Origin: Thermodesulfobacteriota bacterium
GTDB taxonomy: Bacteria > Desulfobacterota_D > UBA1144 > Nemesobacterales > Mycalebacteriaceae
NCBI GenBank assembly: GCA_965198945.1
Contig: CBDAQI010000001.1
Span: 224,001-288,000 of the forward strand
Reading direction: 5' to 3'
DNA length: 64,000 nucleotides
Shown: positions 40,516-50,591 of the stretch, one piece after another
Numbering within the stretch: the stretch's first letter is position 1
Layout: each line of letters starts with the position of its first letter
Position numbers and translations under genes: made by a program
The notes under the pieces: generated by a model
Told to the model about the DNA's origin: nothing
The model's database searches: none
The model's input: the letters and a program-made list of their open reading frames with translations, nothing else

Positions 40516-40847
40516 CTTCTTTATACGGGTTTCTTTGTTGCTCCGTTTGCAGATGACATTGCCTTTGTTGAGTCATTTGTTGCTCTGCTCTGGATTCCCG
40601 CCCCCGTCCCCGTTTTCACGGGGACAAGCTTGCACTGGAATGACGGGAGAGAGCCGGAATTATGGTGGTATGGTTCGGGTGTTTTCCCATAACTTTTTCA
40701 GGAAGATGCTTCTGTGGGGAAGACAAATCCATGTCGTGAAAACAACTCCGGGTTTTGCGGTCAAAATTCACAGCGGCTTTCCCCGAATTGCAATATATGG
40801 CTATAATTGGAGTCTTATGTTTGCTAACTTTCAAAGGAGGTCCTAAT

Positions 40848-41274
40848 ATGAGAATGATTTTAACAGCAGTTATTCCCTTTGTGTTTATGGCCGGCTTTGT
40901 GCAGGCAGCCGGCGCAGCCGAAGATACCGTCTACAACAGACAGAAAAAAGCAGCACTTTACCTGCAAGTGGTTTCCGTGAAAGACATGATGACTGATCGT
41001 TTCCAAAGAACTGTCAAAACAGCTGCCGGAAGATGAGAGAAAAGTATTTGAGAAAATGATGACCGAATATATTGACTTCAAATCTTTGGAGCAGTCTCTC
41101 AAGGGGCTGATGGTCAAACACTTCACGGCGGATGAAATCAAGGCGCTTACAGATTTTTACAAATCTCCCGCCGGGAGCTCGGTCATGAAAAAATTCGGCA
41201 AGTATTCGGCCGACACCGTTCCCCTTATTCAGCGGGAAATTGTCAAGGCGATTGAAAAAATTGAAAACCGGTAG
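40848..41274 (+). pseudogene. Secreted DUF2059-like protein, frameshifted near 40997
   Basis: AAGGAGG RBS and signal peptide; second frame VSKELSKQLPEDERK..HFTADEIKALTDFYKSPAG. Confidence 0.7.
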
Positions 41275-41295
41275 ATTTTTCAGAGAGTCTGTAAA

Positions 41296-43374
41296 GTGAA
41301 CAGGCTTGCAAAAGAAAAAAGTCCCTATCTTCTTCAACACGCAAAAAATCCGGTGGAATGGTATCCATGGGGCGATGAAGCATTTGAAAAAGCCGCACGG
41401 GAAGACAAACCCGTGCTGGTTTCGGTCGGATACTCAACCTGCCACTGGTGCCATGTGATGGAAAAAGAGTCTTTTGAAGACTCCGAAGTTGCGGCGTTGA
41501 TGAACGACACTTTTGTATCCGTCAAAGTTGACAGAGAGGAGAGGCCCGATATAGACGGCGTGCTGATGAGCGTGTGCCAAATCATCTCACAGGGAAACTG
41601 CGGATGGCCTCTGAATGTTGTCATGACACCTGAAAAAAAGCCGTTTTTTGCGGCCACATACATACCCAAACACAATAAATACAACAGGGCGGGAATGGTT
41701 GAACTCATACCGCGCCTCTCTGAACTGTGGAAAACAAGACGGCCGGATATTGAAAAATCCGCGGGCGAAATAGCGGATGCAATTCAAAACTCGCAGACAA
41801 TTATGCAGTCCGAGGGAAAAATGAGCGCGGATGAAATGCTTAAAAACGGATTCGCGCAGTTGGCAATGAACTTTGACCCGGTATTCGGTGGATTTGGAAA
41901 CGCCCCGAAATTCCCCTCCCCGCACAACCTGATTTTTCTCACAAGACACTGGAAAAGAACCGGGGAGAGCAAAGCGCTTGAAATGGCGGAAAAAACTCTC
42001 GGCGCAATGTTGAACGGAGGAATAAACGACCATATCGGTTTCGGATTTCACAGGTATTCAACAGACCGCCGTTGGCTTGTTCCGCATTTTGAAAAAATGC
42101 TTTACGACCAGGCACTCATATCGCTTGCGCTGACTGAGCTGTGGCTTGCAACACAAAAACCCGCATACCGCGAGGGGGCGGAAAAAACACTGCAATATGT
42201 TATGAGAGACTTGACGGATCGGAGCGGGGGATTTTTCTGTGCGGAAGACGCCGACAGCGAAGGTGAAGAGGGAAAGTTTTATGTTTGGAGTGCCGGAGAG
42301 TTCGGCGAAACAATCGGGAATGCGGACGGGGATGAAGCCCGGTTTGCGGCCCAAATGCTGAACATAAAAAGCGGCGGCAACTTTGTTGATGAAGCCACGG
42401 GTGAAACCCCGGGGACTAATATCCCCCACATAACGGAAAAGATTTCCGAAGCCGCCGGGCGGTTTGGAATATCGGAAAAAGAGGCGGCGCAATATCTGGA
42501 ATCGGCGAGAGAAAAACTTTTCGCCGCCAGAGAAAAACGCCCGCGCCCGCATAGAGACGACAAAATTCTTACAGACTGGAACGGTTTGATGATGGCCGCG
42601 TTTGCCAAAGCGGGACCGGCTTTCGGAGAAGAAAAATATATCCGCGCCGCGGAAAAAGCGGCGAACTTCATAACGGGCAAAATGCTTGCGGGCGGTGAAC
42701 TTCTGCACAGATTCAGAGGCGGCGAAGCGGGTATTGCGGCAAATCTGGATGACTATGCCTTCACGGTGTGGGGGCTTCTTGAACTCTATGAAGCGGGTTT
42801 TGACACTTCGTGGCTTGAACCCGCACTGTATTTGAATGACAAAATGATGGAACTGTTTTCAGACTCGGAGAAAGGCGCTTTTTTCTTTACATCGGTAAAA
42901 GCCGAACATCTGATAGCCAGAAAAAAGGAGATGCACGACGGCGCAATTCCGTGCGGAAATTCGGTTGCGGTTATGAATTTGATGAAAATTTCCCGAATTA
43001 CGGGCAACTCCGGATACCGCGAAAGAGCCCTTGAGATTGTGCATTCACTGTCGCTTTCCATTGAAAAAATACCGTCCTCACACACGATGCTGCTGTGCGC
43101 GGTGGAGTTTGAGGCCGGCAAAACAACCGAGATAGTGATTGCTTCGGACAGCCGCAGAGAAACAAAAACCGTAACGGACGCGCTTGCAAAGAATTACGAT
43201 CCCGGAACAACGGTGCTTCTCAAAGAAACAGGCGACAAGGCAATTGAACGGATCGCCCCGTTTGTGCGCGACTGCAAAACTACGGACGGCAAAGCGGCGG
43301 TTTATATCTGCGAAGACGAAACTTGCGGTCTCCCGGTCGGCGCCGAAGAGTTTGCGCAGTCTTGCAAAAACTAA
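41296..43374 (+). CDS. YyaL/SSP411 thioredoxin-domain protein (DUF255)
   Basis: [38 protein letters not shown]. Confidence 0.95.
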   Translation: MNRLAKEKSPYLLQHAKNPVEWYPWGDEAFEKAAREDKPVLVSVGYSTCHWCHVMEKESFEDSEVAALMNDTFVSVKVDREERPDIDGVLMSVCQIISQGNCGWPLNVVMTPEKKPFFAATYIPKHNKYNRAGMVELIPRLSELWKTRRPDIEKSAGEIADAIQNSQTIMQSEGKMSADEMLKNGFAQLAMNFDPVFGGFGNAPKFPSPHNLIFLTRHWKRTGESKALEMAEKTLGAMLNGGINDHIGFGFHRYSTDRRWLVPHFEKMLYDQALISLALTELWLATQKPAYREGAEKTLQYVMRDLTDRSGGFFCAEDADSEGEEGKFYVWSAGEFGETIGNADGDEARFAAQMLNIKSGGNFVDEATGETPGTNIPHITEKISEAAGRFGISEKEAAQYLESAREKLFAAREKRPRPHRDDKILTDWNGLMMAAFAKAGPAFGEEKYIRAAEKAANFITGKMLAGGELLHRFRGGEAGIAANLDDYAFTVWGLLELYEAGFDTSWLEPALYLNDKMMELFSDSEKGAFFFTSVKAEHLIARKKEMHDGAIPCGNSVAVMNLMKISRITGNSGYRERALEIVHSLSLSIEKIPSSHTMLLCAVEFEAGKTTEIVIASDSRRETKTVTDALAKNYDPGTTVLLKETGDKAIERIAPFVRDCKTTDGKAAVYICEDETCGLPVGAEEFAQSCKN

Positions 43375-43455
43375 AAAAGGGTTGATTTTTTTTCCGAGTC
43401 CAATCATTATGAGCAACGGGGAGCAGCGCCCCAAATAATTGAGGGGGTTTTGATA

Positions 43456-43629
43456 GTGGCTATTTCAAGGGATGAGAAAATAAAAGACCTTGTCAGCCTC
43501 ATTGAGGAGCCGGAAGAACAGTCTTTTGTCGGAGACGGTGATCTTGATGAGATGGAGCTCTATGATATGGAGCTTGGTGAACCGGAAGAAGAGCTCTACG
43601 AAGAAGAAGACGGGGCGGAAATTACCTGA
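43456..43629 (+). CDS. Small highly acidic protein (57 aa)
   Basis: GAGGGGG RBS; VAISRDEKIKDLVSLIEEPEE...EEELYEEEDGAEIT; below ORF-track cutoff. Confidence 0.6.
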   Translation: MAISRDEKIKDLVSLIEEPEEQSFVGDGDLDEMELYDMELGEPEEELYEEEDGAEIT

Positions 43630-45506
43630 CCCGGCGCGTCCGCCGCTTTTCTCAAGTGCAGCATAAGGACGGAAACGGCGGCCGGGGTCACTCCGGAAAT
43701 TCTGCCCGCCTGTCCGATGGAGTGCGGTTTGGCCGTTGAGAGCTTCTGAACTATTTCCCTGGAAAGTCCGGGTACTTTAGAGTAGTCAAAAGCCTCGGGA
43801 ATTGATAAGCTCTCAAATTTCTTGAACCTGCCAATCTGCTCGGTTTGCATCTTAACATAACCGGAGTATTTAACATGCATTTCCGCCTGCATGGCTATGT
43901 CCGAACCTTCAAGCTCGGCGGCGGACGGGTCAAAAAGCGCAAGCTCCGAGTAGGTGATTCCGGGCCTTTTTAGAATCTCGGCTAGGGAATGCTGTTTTTT
44001 AAGACCGGGTGAGCTCATCCTTTTCAGTTCCTCATCCGCCCTTCCTCCGGGAACCTCTTTTGTGTTCTCAAGTCTTTCCACTTCTCTTTCAAGAAGTTCT
44101 TTTTTCAAAACAAGTTTTTCATAACGCTCGTCGCATATCAGACCCGCCCGGTATCCCTTCTCCATCAGTCTCAAATCAGCGTTGTCTTCACGCAGAATCA
44201 GTCTGTATTCAGCTCGTGAAGTGAACATTCTGTATGGCTCGTCAACCCCTTTGGTAACAAGGTCGTCTATCATAATTCCTATGTAGGCGTCAGAACGGTC
44301 AAGAATTAAGGGCGCGTCTCCGCGTGAGTGAAGAGCGGCGTTTATCCCGGCAATAATTCCCTGCCCGGCGGCTTCCTCATAACCGGTCGTTCCGTTTACC
44401 TGACCCGCGAAGAAAAGCCCGTGCGCATACTTGCACTCAAGCGAGGAGGTCAACTGCGTGGGGTTTATAAAATCGTATTCAACCGCATATCCGGGGCGCA
44501 TTATTTCAACTTCCTCAAGCCCTTCAACCGTCCTCGCCATCTCCGTCTGGACATCAAGCGGGAGGCTTGTGGATATGCCGTTCGGATAAATTTCATATGT
44601 GTTTCTTCCCTCGGGCTCAAGGAAAATCTGGTGCCTGTTTTTGTCCGGAAATTTGACGATTTTATCCTCAACCGACGGACAGTAGCGCGGGCCCACTCCG
44701 GATATGACTCCGGAATAAAGAGGCGAGCGCGATAGGTTTCGTCTTATAACATCGTGTGTTTTTTCATTGGTATGGGTTATGAAACAAGACATCTGGCTGA
44801 TTTTTCCGCGCTCATTTGAGAAAGAAAAAGGACGGGGATTTTCGTCTCCTTTCTGTTCTTCAAGAGCTTCCCAGCGGACCGTTCTTCCGTCAAAACGCGG
44901 AGGGGTTCCGGTTTTCAGACGCCCGACTTCAAGACCCAAATCTTTGAAAGAGTTGGAAATCGTCAAAGCCGCTTTTTCCCCGGCGCGACCGGAAGAAAAT
45001 TTTTCGTCTCCCACATGTATAAGCCCGTTCGGAAAAGTTCCCGGAGTTACCACCACTGAATCAGAGAAAAAACTTTCCCCGAGGCTTGTTTTAACGCCGC
45101 ACACGGCGCCCGACGATACGAGAAATCCGTCAATCATTCTCTGTTTTATGTCAAGATTTTCACACTCTTCAAGAGCCCTGCGCATGTAAGCCCTGTAAAC
45201 CTGCCTGTCAGCCTGTGAGCGTGTGGCGCGCACGGCCGCACCTTTCCGAGTGTTGAGTGTTCTGTATTGGATTGCGCTTGCATCCGCCGCTTTTGCCATT
45301 TCGCCCCCGAGCGCATCTATCTCTCTGACTATGTGCCCCTTGCCGACTCCGCCGATGGACGGATTGCATGACATAACGCCTATTGTATCTATGTTTGCCG
45401 TCAGCAGAAGCGTTTTGCGCCCCATGCGCGCCGCCGCAAGCGCGGCTTCGCAACCCGCGTGTCCGCCACCTATGACAATCACATTGTGGGATCTTCTATT
45501 TTTCAC
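43596..45506 (-). CDS. mnmG: tRNA uridine modification enzyme MnmG/GidA
   Basis: GGGHAGCEAA, SCNPSIGG, RLKTGTPPR, GPRYCPS, GTTGYEEA. Confidence 0.98.
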   Translation of the reverse strand: MKNRRSHNVIVIGGGHAGCEAALAAARMGRKTLLLTANIDTIGVMSCNPSIGGVGKGHIVREIDALGGEMAKAADASAIQYRTLNTRKGAAVRATRSQADRQVYRAYMRRALEECENLDIKQRMIDGFLVSSGAVCGVKTSLGESFFSDSVVVTPGTFPNGLIHVGDEKFSSGRAGEKAALTISNSFKDLGLEVGRLKTGTPPRFDGRTVRWEALEEQKGDENPRPFSFSNERGKISQMSCFITHTNEKTHDVIRRNLSRSPLYSGVISGVGPRYCPSVEDKIVKFPDKNRHQIFLEPEGRNTYEIYPNGISTSLPLDVQTEMARTVEGLEEVEIMRPGYAVEYDFINPTQLTSSLECKYAHGLFFAGQVNGTTGYEEAAGQGIIAGINAALHSRGDAPLILDRSDAYIGIMIDDLVTKGVDEPYRMFTSRAEYRLILREDNADLRLMEKGYRAGLICDERYEKLVLKKELLEREVERLENTKEVPGGRADEELKRMSSPGLKKQHSLAEILKRPGITYSELALFDPSAAELEGSDIAMQAEMHVKYSGYVKMQTEQIGRFKKFESLSIPEAFDYSKVPGLSREIVQKLSTAKPHSIGQAGRISGVTPAAVSVLMLHLRKAADAPGQVISAPSSSS

Positions 45507-45584
45507 AAAAACTCCGTTTCAAGCGGCGAAATTGTAAATAAAACAAGAGGGCAGGTCAAAGAAAAATGGGATTGCGCGGAAACC

Positions 45585-46787
45585 TCATTTGATTTTATTC
45601 AGGCGAAACAGCCCCTCCCAAACACCCCCGTCACTTGTGAAATAAAGCAGCCCATCTTCACCGAACAAAACTCCGACCGGCCTTAGCAGTCTTTGTCCCG
45701 ATCTGTTTTGAAGCCCTCCAACAAGAGTTCTTACACGACCGGTCGCTTCCCCGTCCGGATTAAAATCAACGACCTCAATTAAGGGCGGGCGGCGGGTTGA
45801 CTTCGCTCCCATAAAACCGCCGTCGGGTTTAGTGCCCCAGGAGCCGTGCAGAGCCGCAACCGCACTGCCTTCCGGCACCGGCACATTAGCCCCCCGTGAA
45901 ACAAAAGTTATGCCCATTGGAGCGCTGCGTGCCGGGAAAACCGCTACCGGCGCCCTTGCATCAGTTCTCGGTGGAGGGGTTGATATGCATGAATCTCTCA
46001 CCATTTTGGAACCGTCAAACCAAAACCACGGCATTCCGTGGAAAGAGCTTTCATCAAGCCGGCTGAAGTATTCCGGAGGATGCTCATAACCAAGATGGTC
46101 CGGGCCGTTGTTCGTCGCGTAGAGAACTTTTGTCTCCGGGTGCCAGTCAAAACCGACCGGATTGCGCAAGCCGGATGCGTAAGTTTCCCACTCTCCGGTT
46201 TTTTCATTGAGCCGCAAAACCCCTCCTCTGCGGTCTTTGAAGGAATATGCTTTTCCCAGATACTCATTGCTGCAATTGCCGCTTATGCCGATGCTAACAT
46301 ATAGACCGCCGTCAGGGGCAAACGCCACAGTGCGTGTAAAATGCCCGTAACCGGAAGGCAGGTTTGCAACTTTACTGAAATCCTTTTTTATAAGCCTCCC
46401 ATCACGCCAATCGCTGTGGGACTTATACACTCCGTCAGTTTTCGCAATCCACAATTCACCGCCTCGAACCGCCACACCGTGCGGACTGCCGCCCACTTGT
46501 GCCAGCACTTCCGGGTTGTTGTATGGAGGCTTGGCCCGGTAAACCTTCCCTGAGTTTGTGCCTATAATGAAATCTTTTCCGGAAGCCGCGATCATGCGTG
46601 AATCCGGAATTTCAGCGAGAAATTCAAGTTCATAACCCTTGGGAACAGAGACTTCCCATAATGATCCGCCTATAAGAAATTTCTGCTCCGAGTAGTCAAG
46701 TTTTTCTTCGGCGTTACAGGACAAAACTCCCGCCGCGGACAGCAGGAAGAAAATACAGGCAAAAGTGAACAGTTTTCGCAGTTGCAT
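45585..46787 (-). CDS. PQQ-dependent sugar/sorbosone dehydrogenase family beta-propeller
   Basis: Signal peptide; GHFTR, GLRNPVG, NGPD.LG..PPE, LHGSW, RPVGV. Confidence 0.85.
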   Translation of the reverse strand: MQLRKLFTFACIFFLLSAAGVLSCNAEEKLDYSEQKFLIGGSLWEVSVPKGYELEFLAEIPDSRMIAASGKDFIIGTNSGKVYRAKPPYNNPEVLAQVGGSPHGVAVRGGELWIAKTDGVYKSHSDWRDGRLIKKDFSKVANLPSGYGHFTRTVAFAPDGGLYVSIGISGNCSNEYLGKAYSFKDRRGGVLRLNEKTGEWETYASGLRNPVGFDWHPETKVLYATNNGPDHLGYEHPPEYFSRLDESSFHGMPWFWFDGSKMVRDSCISTPPPRTDARAPVAVFPARSAPMGITFVSRGANVPVPEGSAVAALHGSWGTKPDGGFMGAKSTRRPPLIEVVDFNPDGEATGRVRTLVGGLQNRSGQRLLRPVGVLFGEDGLLYFTSDGGVWEGLFRLNKIK

Positions 46788-47023
46788 TGAAAAAGCCTTC
46801 TCGCCCAATCGGCTGTCTTATCATAATACAGGGAATAAGGAGTCAAAGTAATAAGCAGAGTTTCAACATCAACCGCCATGCCGTTTTCTTGTTTGCCTCA
46901 TATAAACAGCTGTTTTCATTACATTTTTTGGCAATCAATCAAATAAGAATAATTCATTGTGCTTATTGGATAACGCACTATTTGCACATTATAAGATACT
47001 GCTATCATTGTATAAACTTACTT

Positions 47024-47063
47024 AAAGTCAAATAAGAACAATCAATTGTCCTTATTTGACTTT
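47024..47063. promoter_or_regulatory. 40-bp near-perfect palindrome over the -35 box of the ATPase gene
   Basis: AAAGTCAAATAAG-A-ACAAT-CA-ATTGT-C-CTTATTTGACTTT. Confidence 0.6.
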
Positions 47064-47093
47064 TTGAGTTTTTCCACTAATGTAAAAGCAGCC

Positions 47094-48566
47094 ATGTTGG
47101 GAATTTCAACTGAAGAAAGAAATCAGCGTCTTAAAACGGACAATCCCTGGTGGGATGATCCGAGCGATGTGAGATGGAAAGACGCCCCTGAAAGAGTTTA
47201 CTTTGCACCATTCTATGAATTGGCAACGAAAACGGAAGTCAACCGCGCGGTTGTTCTGATGGGGCCCCGGAGAGTTGGCAAGACGGTCATGGTTCATCAG
47301 GCAGTCGCCGGACTTATAAAAGAAAGCGTCAATCCGAAAAAAATTCTTTACATACCCCTGGACAACCCGCTGTATGCCGGACTGTCTCTTGAAAAAATTC
47401 TTCTTGCTTTTCTTGAGCTCAATAAAAATCCGAAAAGCGAAATCGCCTATCTTTTCTTTGATGAGATTCAATACTTAAAAGACTGGGAACTTCATCTGAA
47501 GTCCCTTGTTGATTCCTATCCGCAACACCGCTTTATCGCCACCGGCTCGGCCGCGGCGGCATTAAAACTTAAAAGCAACGAGTCCGGTGCAGGAAGGTTT
47601 ACCGATTTTATTCTGCCTCCCATGACATTTCATGAATACATAAAATTTATAGACGTGGAAGAAGAACTTTTTGATAAAAATGCCGGGTTTTTGTTTGGTA
47701 TGGGAAAAGCAATAAACAACATTAAAGATATCAATACGCATTTCATAAAATACCTCAACTTTGGCGGCTACCCTGAAGCAGTGTTTTCAGAAGAAATCAA
47801 AAAAGACCCGGGCCGTTTTATAAAAAACGATATCATAGACAAGGTTCTTCTAAGAGACTTACCCAGCCTTTACGGGATAAGCGACATTCCCGAACTCAAC
47901 CGCCTGTTTACAGCTCTCGCTCACAGCACGGGGCGGGAAGTCAATTTGTCTGCTCTTTCACAAGGTTCCAATGTGGCAAAAGGCACAATATCAAGATATT
48001 TGGAATATCTTGAAGCGGCTTTTCTTATAAAACGTGTCCGCAGGGTGGATAAAAACATTAAAAGGTTCAAAAGAGACCACACTTTCAAAGTTTATCTCAC
48101 AAACCCCTCAATGTATGCGGCGCTTTTCGGCACTGTAAGCGAAGACAATAGTGAAGTGATTGGAATGTTGGTGGAAACGGCGGTTTTCAGCCACTTTTTT
48201 CACTTGATGGGAAAATCCGAACCCCTTTATTATGCTCGCTGGAACAATGGAGAGGTGGACTTGGTAGCAATGGATGAAACCGGAATAAAAGCAGCGTTTG
48301 CAATTGAAATCAAATGGTCTGACAAGCCATATCAAAATCTTTCAGAAATTAGTGGGCTGCTTGATTTCACAAAAAAACACGGAATCGGAGGAGATGCGGG
48401 CACGGCTATATGTCTCAGTAAAAGCAAATACGCCCCTAAGCCATATGAAAGCGGAACTGTCATTTTCATTCCCGTAAGTTTTGTCTGCCTTGAACTTGGA
48501 CAAATGCTAAACAGCAAGGAATTCAGGGAAGCTTTTGTAAGTGAGGAAAAAAAACTTCCGGATTAG
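47094..48566 (+). CDS. AAA_14/DUF4143 family ATP-binding protein
   Basis: NPWW, GPRRVGKT, FFDEIQ, TGS, ESGAGR, GGYPE, C-terminal EVD...EIK (PD-(D/E)xK-like). Confidence 0.9.
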   Translation: MLGISTEERNQRLKTDNPWWDDPSDVRWKDAPERVYFAPFYELATKTEVNRAVVLMGPRRVGKTVMVHQAVAGLIKESVNPKKILYIPLDNPLYAGLSLEKILLAFLELNKNPKSEIAYLFFDEIQYLKDWELHLKSLVDSYPQHRFIATGSAAAALKLKSNESGAGRFTDFILPPMTFHEYIKFIDVEEELFDKNAGFLFGMGKAINNIKDINTHFIKYLNFGGYPEAVFSEEIKKDPGRFIKNDIIDKVLLRDLPSLYGISDIPELNRLFTALAHSTGREVNLSALSQGSNVAKGTISRYLEYLEAAFLIKRVRRVDKNIKRFKRDHTFKVYLTNPSMYAALFGTVSEDNSEVIGMLVETAVFSHFFHLMGKSEPLYYARWNNGEVDLVAMDETGIKAAFAIEIKWSDKPYQNLSEISGLLDFTKKHGIGGDAGTAICLSKSKYAPKPYESGTVIFIPVSFVCLELGQMLNSKEFREAFVSEEKKLPD

Positions 48567-48592
48567 ATTTTACAACCTCCATGAATGCAATA

Positions 48593-48606
48593 TATGCTAT
48601 AGCATA
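48593..48606. promoter_or_regulatory. 14-bp perfect palindrome upstream of HTH-hsdM
   Basis: TATGCTATAGCATA. Confidence 0.45.
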
Positions 48607-48629
48607 ATAGAACTTCAGAGTTTTTTATA

Positions 48630-50463
48630 ATGACCGAAAAAGAAGACCTGTCAGAAATTATCAAAAGCGTCAGAAACACTCTGAACCTTTCCCAAGAAAA
48701 ACTCGCCTCAAAACTCGGGGTTTCATTCTCAACACTGAACGGATGGGAAAACGGCCGCCGTGTTCCCCGGAAAAAACATCTGGACAAAATTATGGAGATG
48801 GCGGAAAAAGCCGCAAATTCCGAGCCCGCAGCGCCCCGGCGCAGACTCAACACCAAACAGGATGTTTTAAGCATAAAAATGATGGAGCAGATGCTATGGG
48901 ATGCCGCCTGTTCCATAAGGGGCGAGAAAGACGCTCCGAAATTCAAGGACTACCTGCTTCCCCTAATCTTTTTGAAACGTCTTTCAGATGTTTTTGACGA
49001 TGAAATGGAGAGACTCGCAGATGAACACGGAAGTATGGAAAGGGCTCAAGACATAGTTGGCAGGGACAAAGAAATCATTCGTTTCTATCTGCCGCCGGAG
49101 ACCAGATGGGATGTTTTGAGCGGAAGAACAAGTTTCAAGTGGGCAAAAGGCGCCGAACCTAAAACACTTAGAGAGCAAATAACCTCAACTATGCGAACAG
49201 TCGCCGAGGCCAATCCTTCTCTCAAGGGAGTTATAGACCTTGTTGACTATGGAAAAACAAGCGGGGGAGAACGCGAGATAAGCGACGCGGCTCTAAAGGA
49301 AGTAATAGAGAAATTTTCAAAACCTCAGTATCGGCTTGGAATCCATGATGTGGAGCCGGATTTTCTCGGCCGCTGCTACGAATATCTTTTGAGAAAATTA
49401 GCGGAAAATTCGGGACAGAGCGCCGGAGAGTTTTTCACCCCAACGGAAGTGGGCTGGCTCATGGCGCGGATTATGAAACCGACACAGGGCGAGACGGTTT
49501 ATGAATACGCCTGCGGTTCGGCGGGTCTGCTGATAAAGTGCGAACTCGCGCTTCTTGAACGGTATCCCGATGTCAAAAAGGGGGCTCCCTTGAAACTGTT
49601 CGGACAGGAACTTGGAACTGATAACTATGCGATGGCGCAAATGAACGCAATTATCCACGATATGGAATGCAAAATTGAGCGCGGAAACTCAATGAAAAAC
49701 CCCAAGTTTCTGAACGAAACCGGAGGATTGCAGAATTTTGACATAGTTGTCGCCAACCCGATGTGGAATCAGCCGTTTGATGTTTCCGGATATGTGGAAT
49801 CAGCCGTTTGATGTTTCCGGATATGAGGAAGACAAGTTTGACCGTTTTGAGTCACAGGGAGGCGTAACAACAAGCAAAGCAGACTGGGCATGGCTTCAGC
49901 ACACGGCAAAATCCCTGAACACCAAAGGAAGGGCGGCGGTCGTGATAGACACGGGAGCGGTAACACGCGGAAGCGGAGCATCGGGAGAAGACAAAGAGAA
50001 GAGAATCCGCAAATGGTTTGTTGAAAAAGACTTGATTGAAGGCGTAATTTTTCTTCCCGAAAACCTTTTCTACAACACCACGGCGGCGGGAATAATAATT
50101 CTCCTGAACAAAAATAAAAACTCTGCGAGAAAGGGGAAAGTTGTTTTAATTAACGCAAGCGGGGAATTCAAAAAAGGCAGGCCGAAAAACTATCTGAGCG
50201 ATGAAGGTTCAAGAAGGATTGTTGATTCTTTCTTCAACGGAAAAGATGAGGAGCGTTTCTCAAAAGTCATAACAGTAAAAGAAGCGGCGGAAAATGACTA
50301 CAACCTGTCTCCTTCGCGTTACATTGACATAAGCGAGAAAGAAATTCTCCGCCCGATACCGGAAATATGGGCGGAGCTGAAAGCGCTTGAGAAAGAGGCG
50401 AAAAAGACGGACAGAGAGGTTGAAAAGATTTTCAGGGATATGGCAGCGGAGTATGAAACTTGA
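48630..50463 (+). pseudogene. hsdM: Type I R-M methyltransferase HsdM with N-terminal XRE HTH, frameshifted by a 31-bp duplication
   Basis: LSQEKLA..LGVS..T..WENG; LWDAAC.IRG; GEFFTP; YACGSAG; NPMW; second frame WLQH, LFYNT, YNLSPSRY. Confidence 0.9.
49761..49822. repeat. Perfect 31-bp tandem duplication
   Basis: ATGTGGAATCAGCCGTTTGATGTTTCCGGAT x2. Confidence 0.97.
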
Positions 50464-50502
50464 CATTTTCAGTTGACAAGCCTAAAATTCTTTCATTATT
50501 TG

Positions 50503-50570
50503 CCCCCCCCTCGGAGCAGCCCGGGAACAACCTTTTGGGATTCTTGGGACTCTGAGTGGGGTTATTTTTT
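50503..50570 (+). ncRNA. Candidate small structured RNA/attenuator upstream of NYN gene
   Basis: CCCC/GGGG, CTCGGAG/CTCTGAG, CCCGGGAA/TTCTTGGG, CC-TTTT-GG, then TTATTTTTT; TTGACA at 50473. Confidence 0.6.
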
Positions 50571-50591
50571 GTCCTCTTTGGAGATTCTCGG

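Larger units (their letters stand above)
40133..40645. repeat. Cluster of CGTC-type REP-like palindromes
   Basis: CGTCATTCCCGTGGAAACGGGAATCC at 40191 and 40394; inverted extended copy at 40591-40645; degenerate copy at 40133-40183. Confidence 0.85.

Noticed and set aside
40133..40645. CRISPR array
   Set aside because: Intervening sequences are about 175 bp and similar to each other, one repeat is inverted, and there are no cas genes
40268..40846. 192-aa ORF across the REP region and other antisense ORFs in the track
   Set aside because: Translations of repeats or shadows of real genes on the opposite strand
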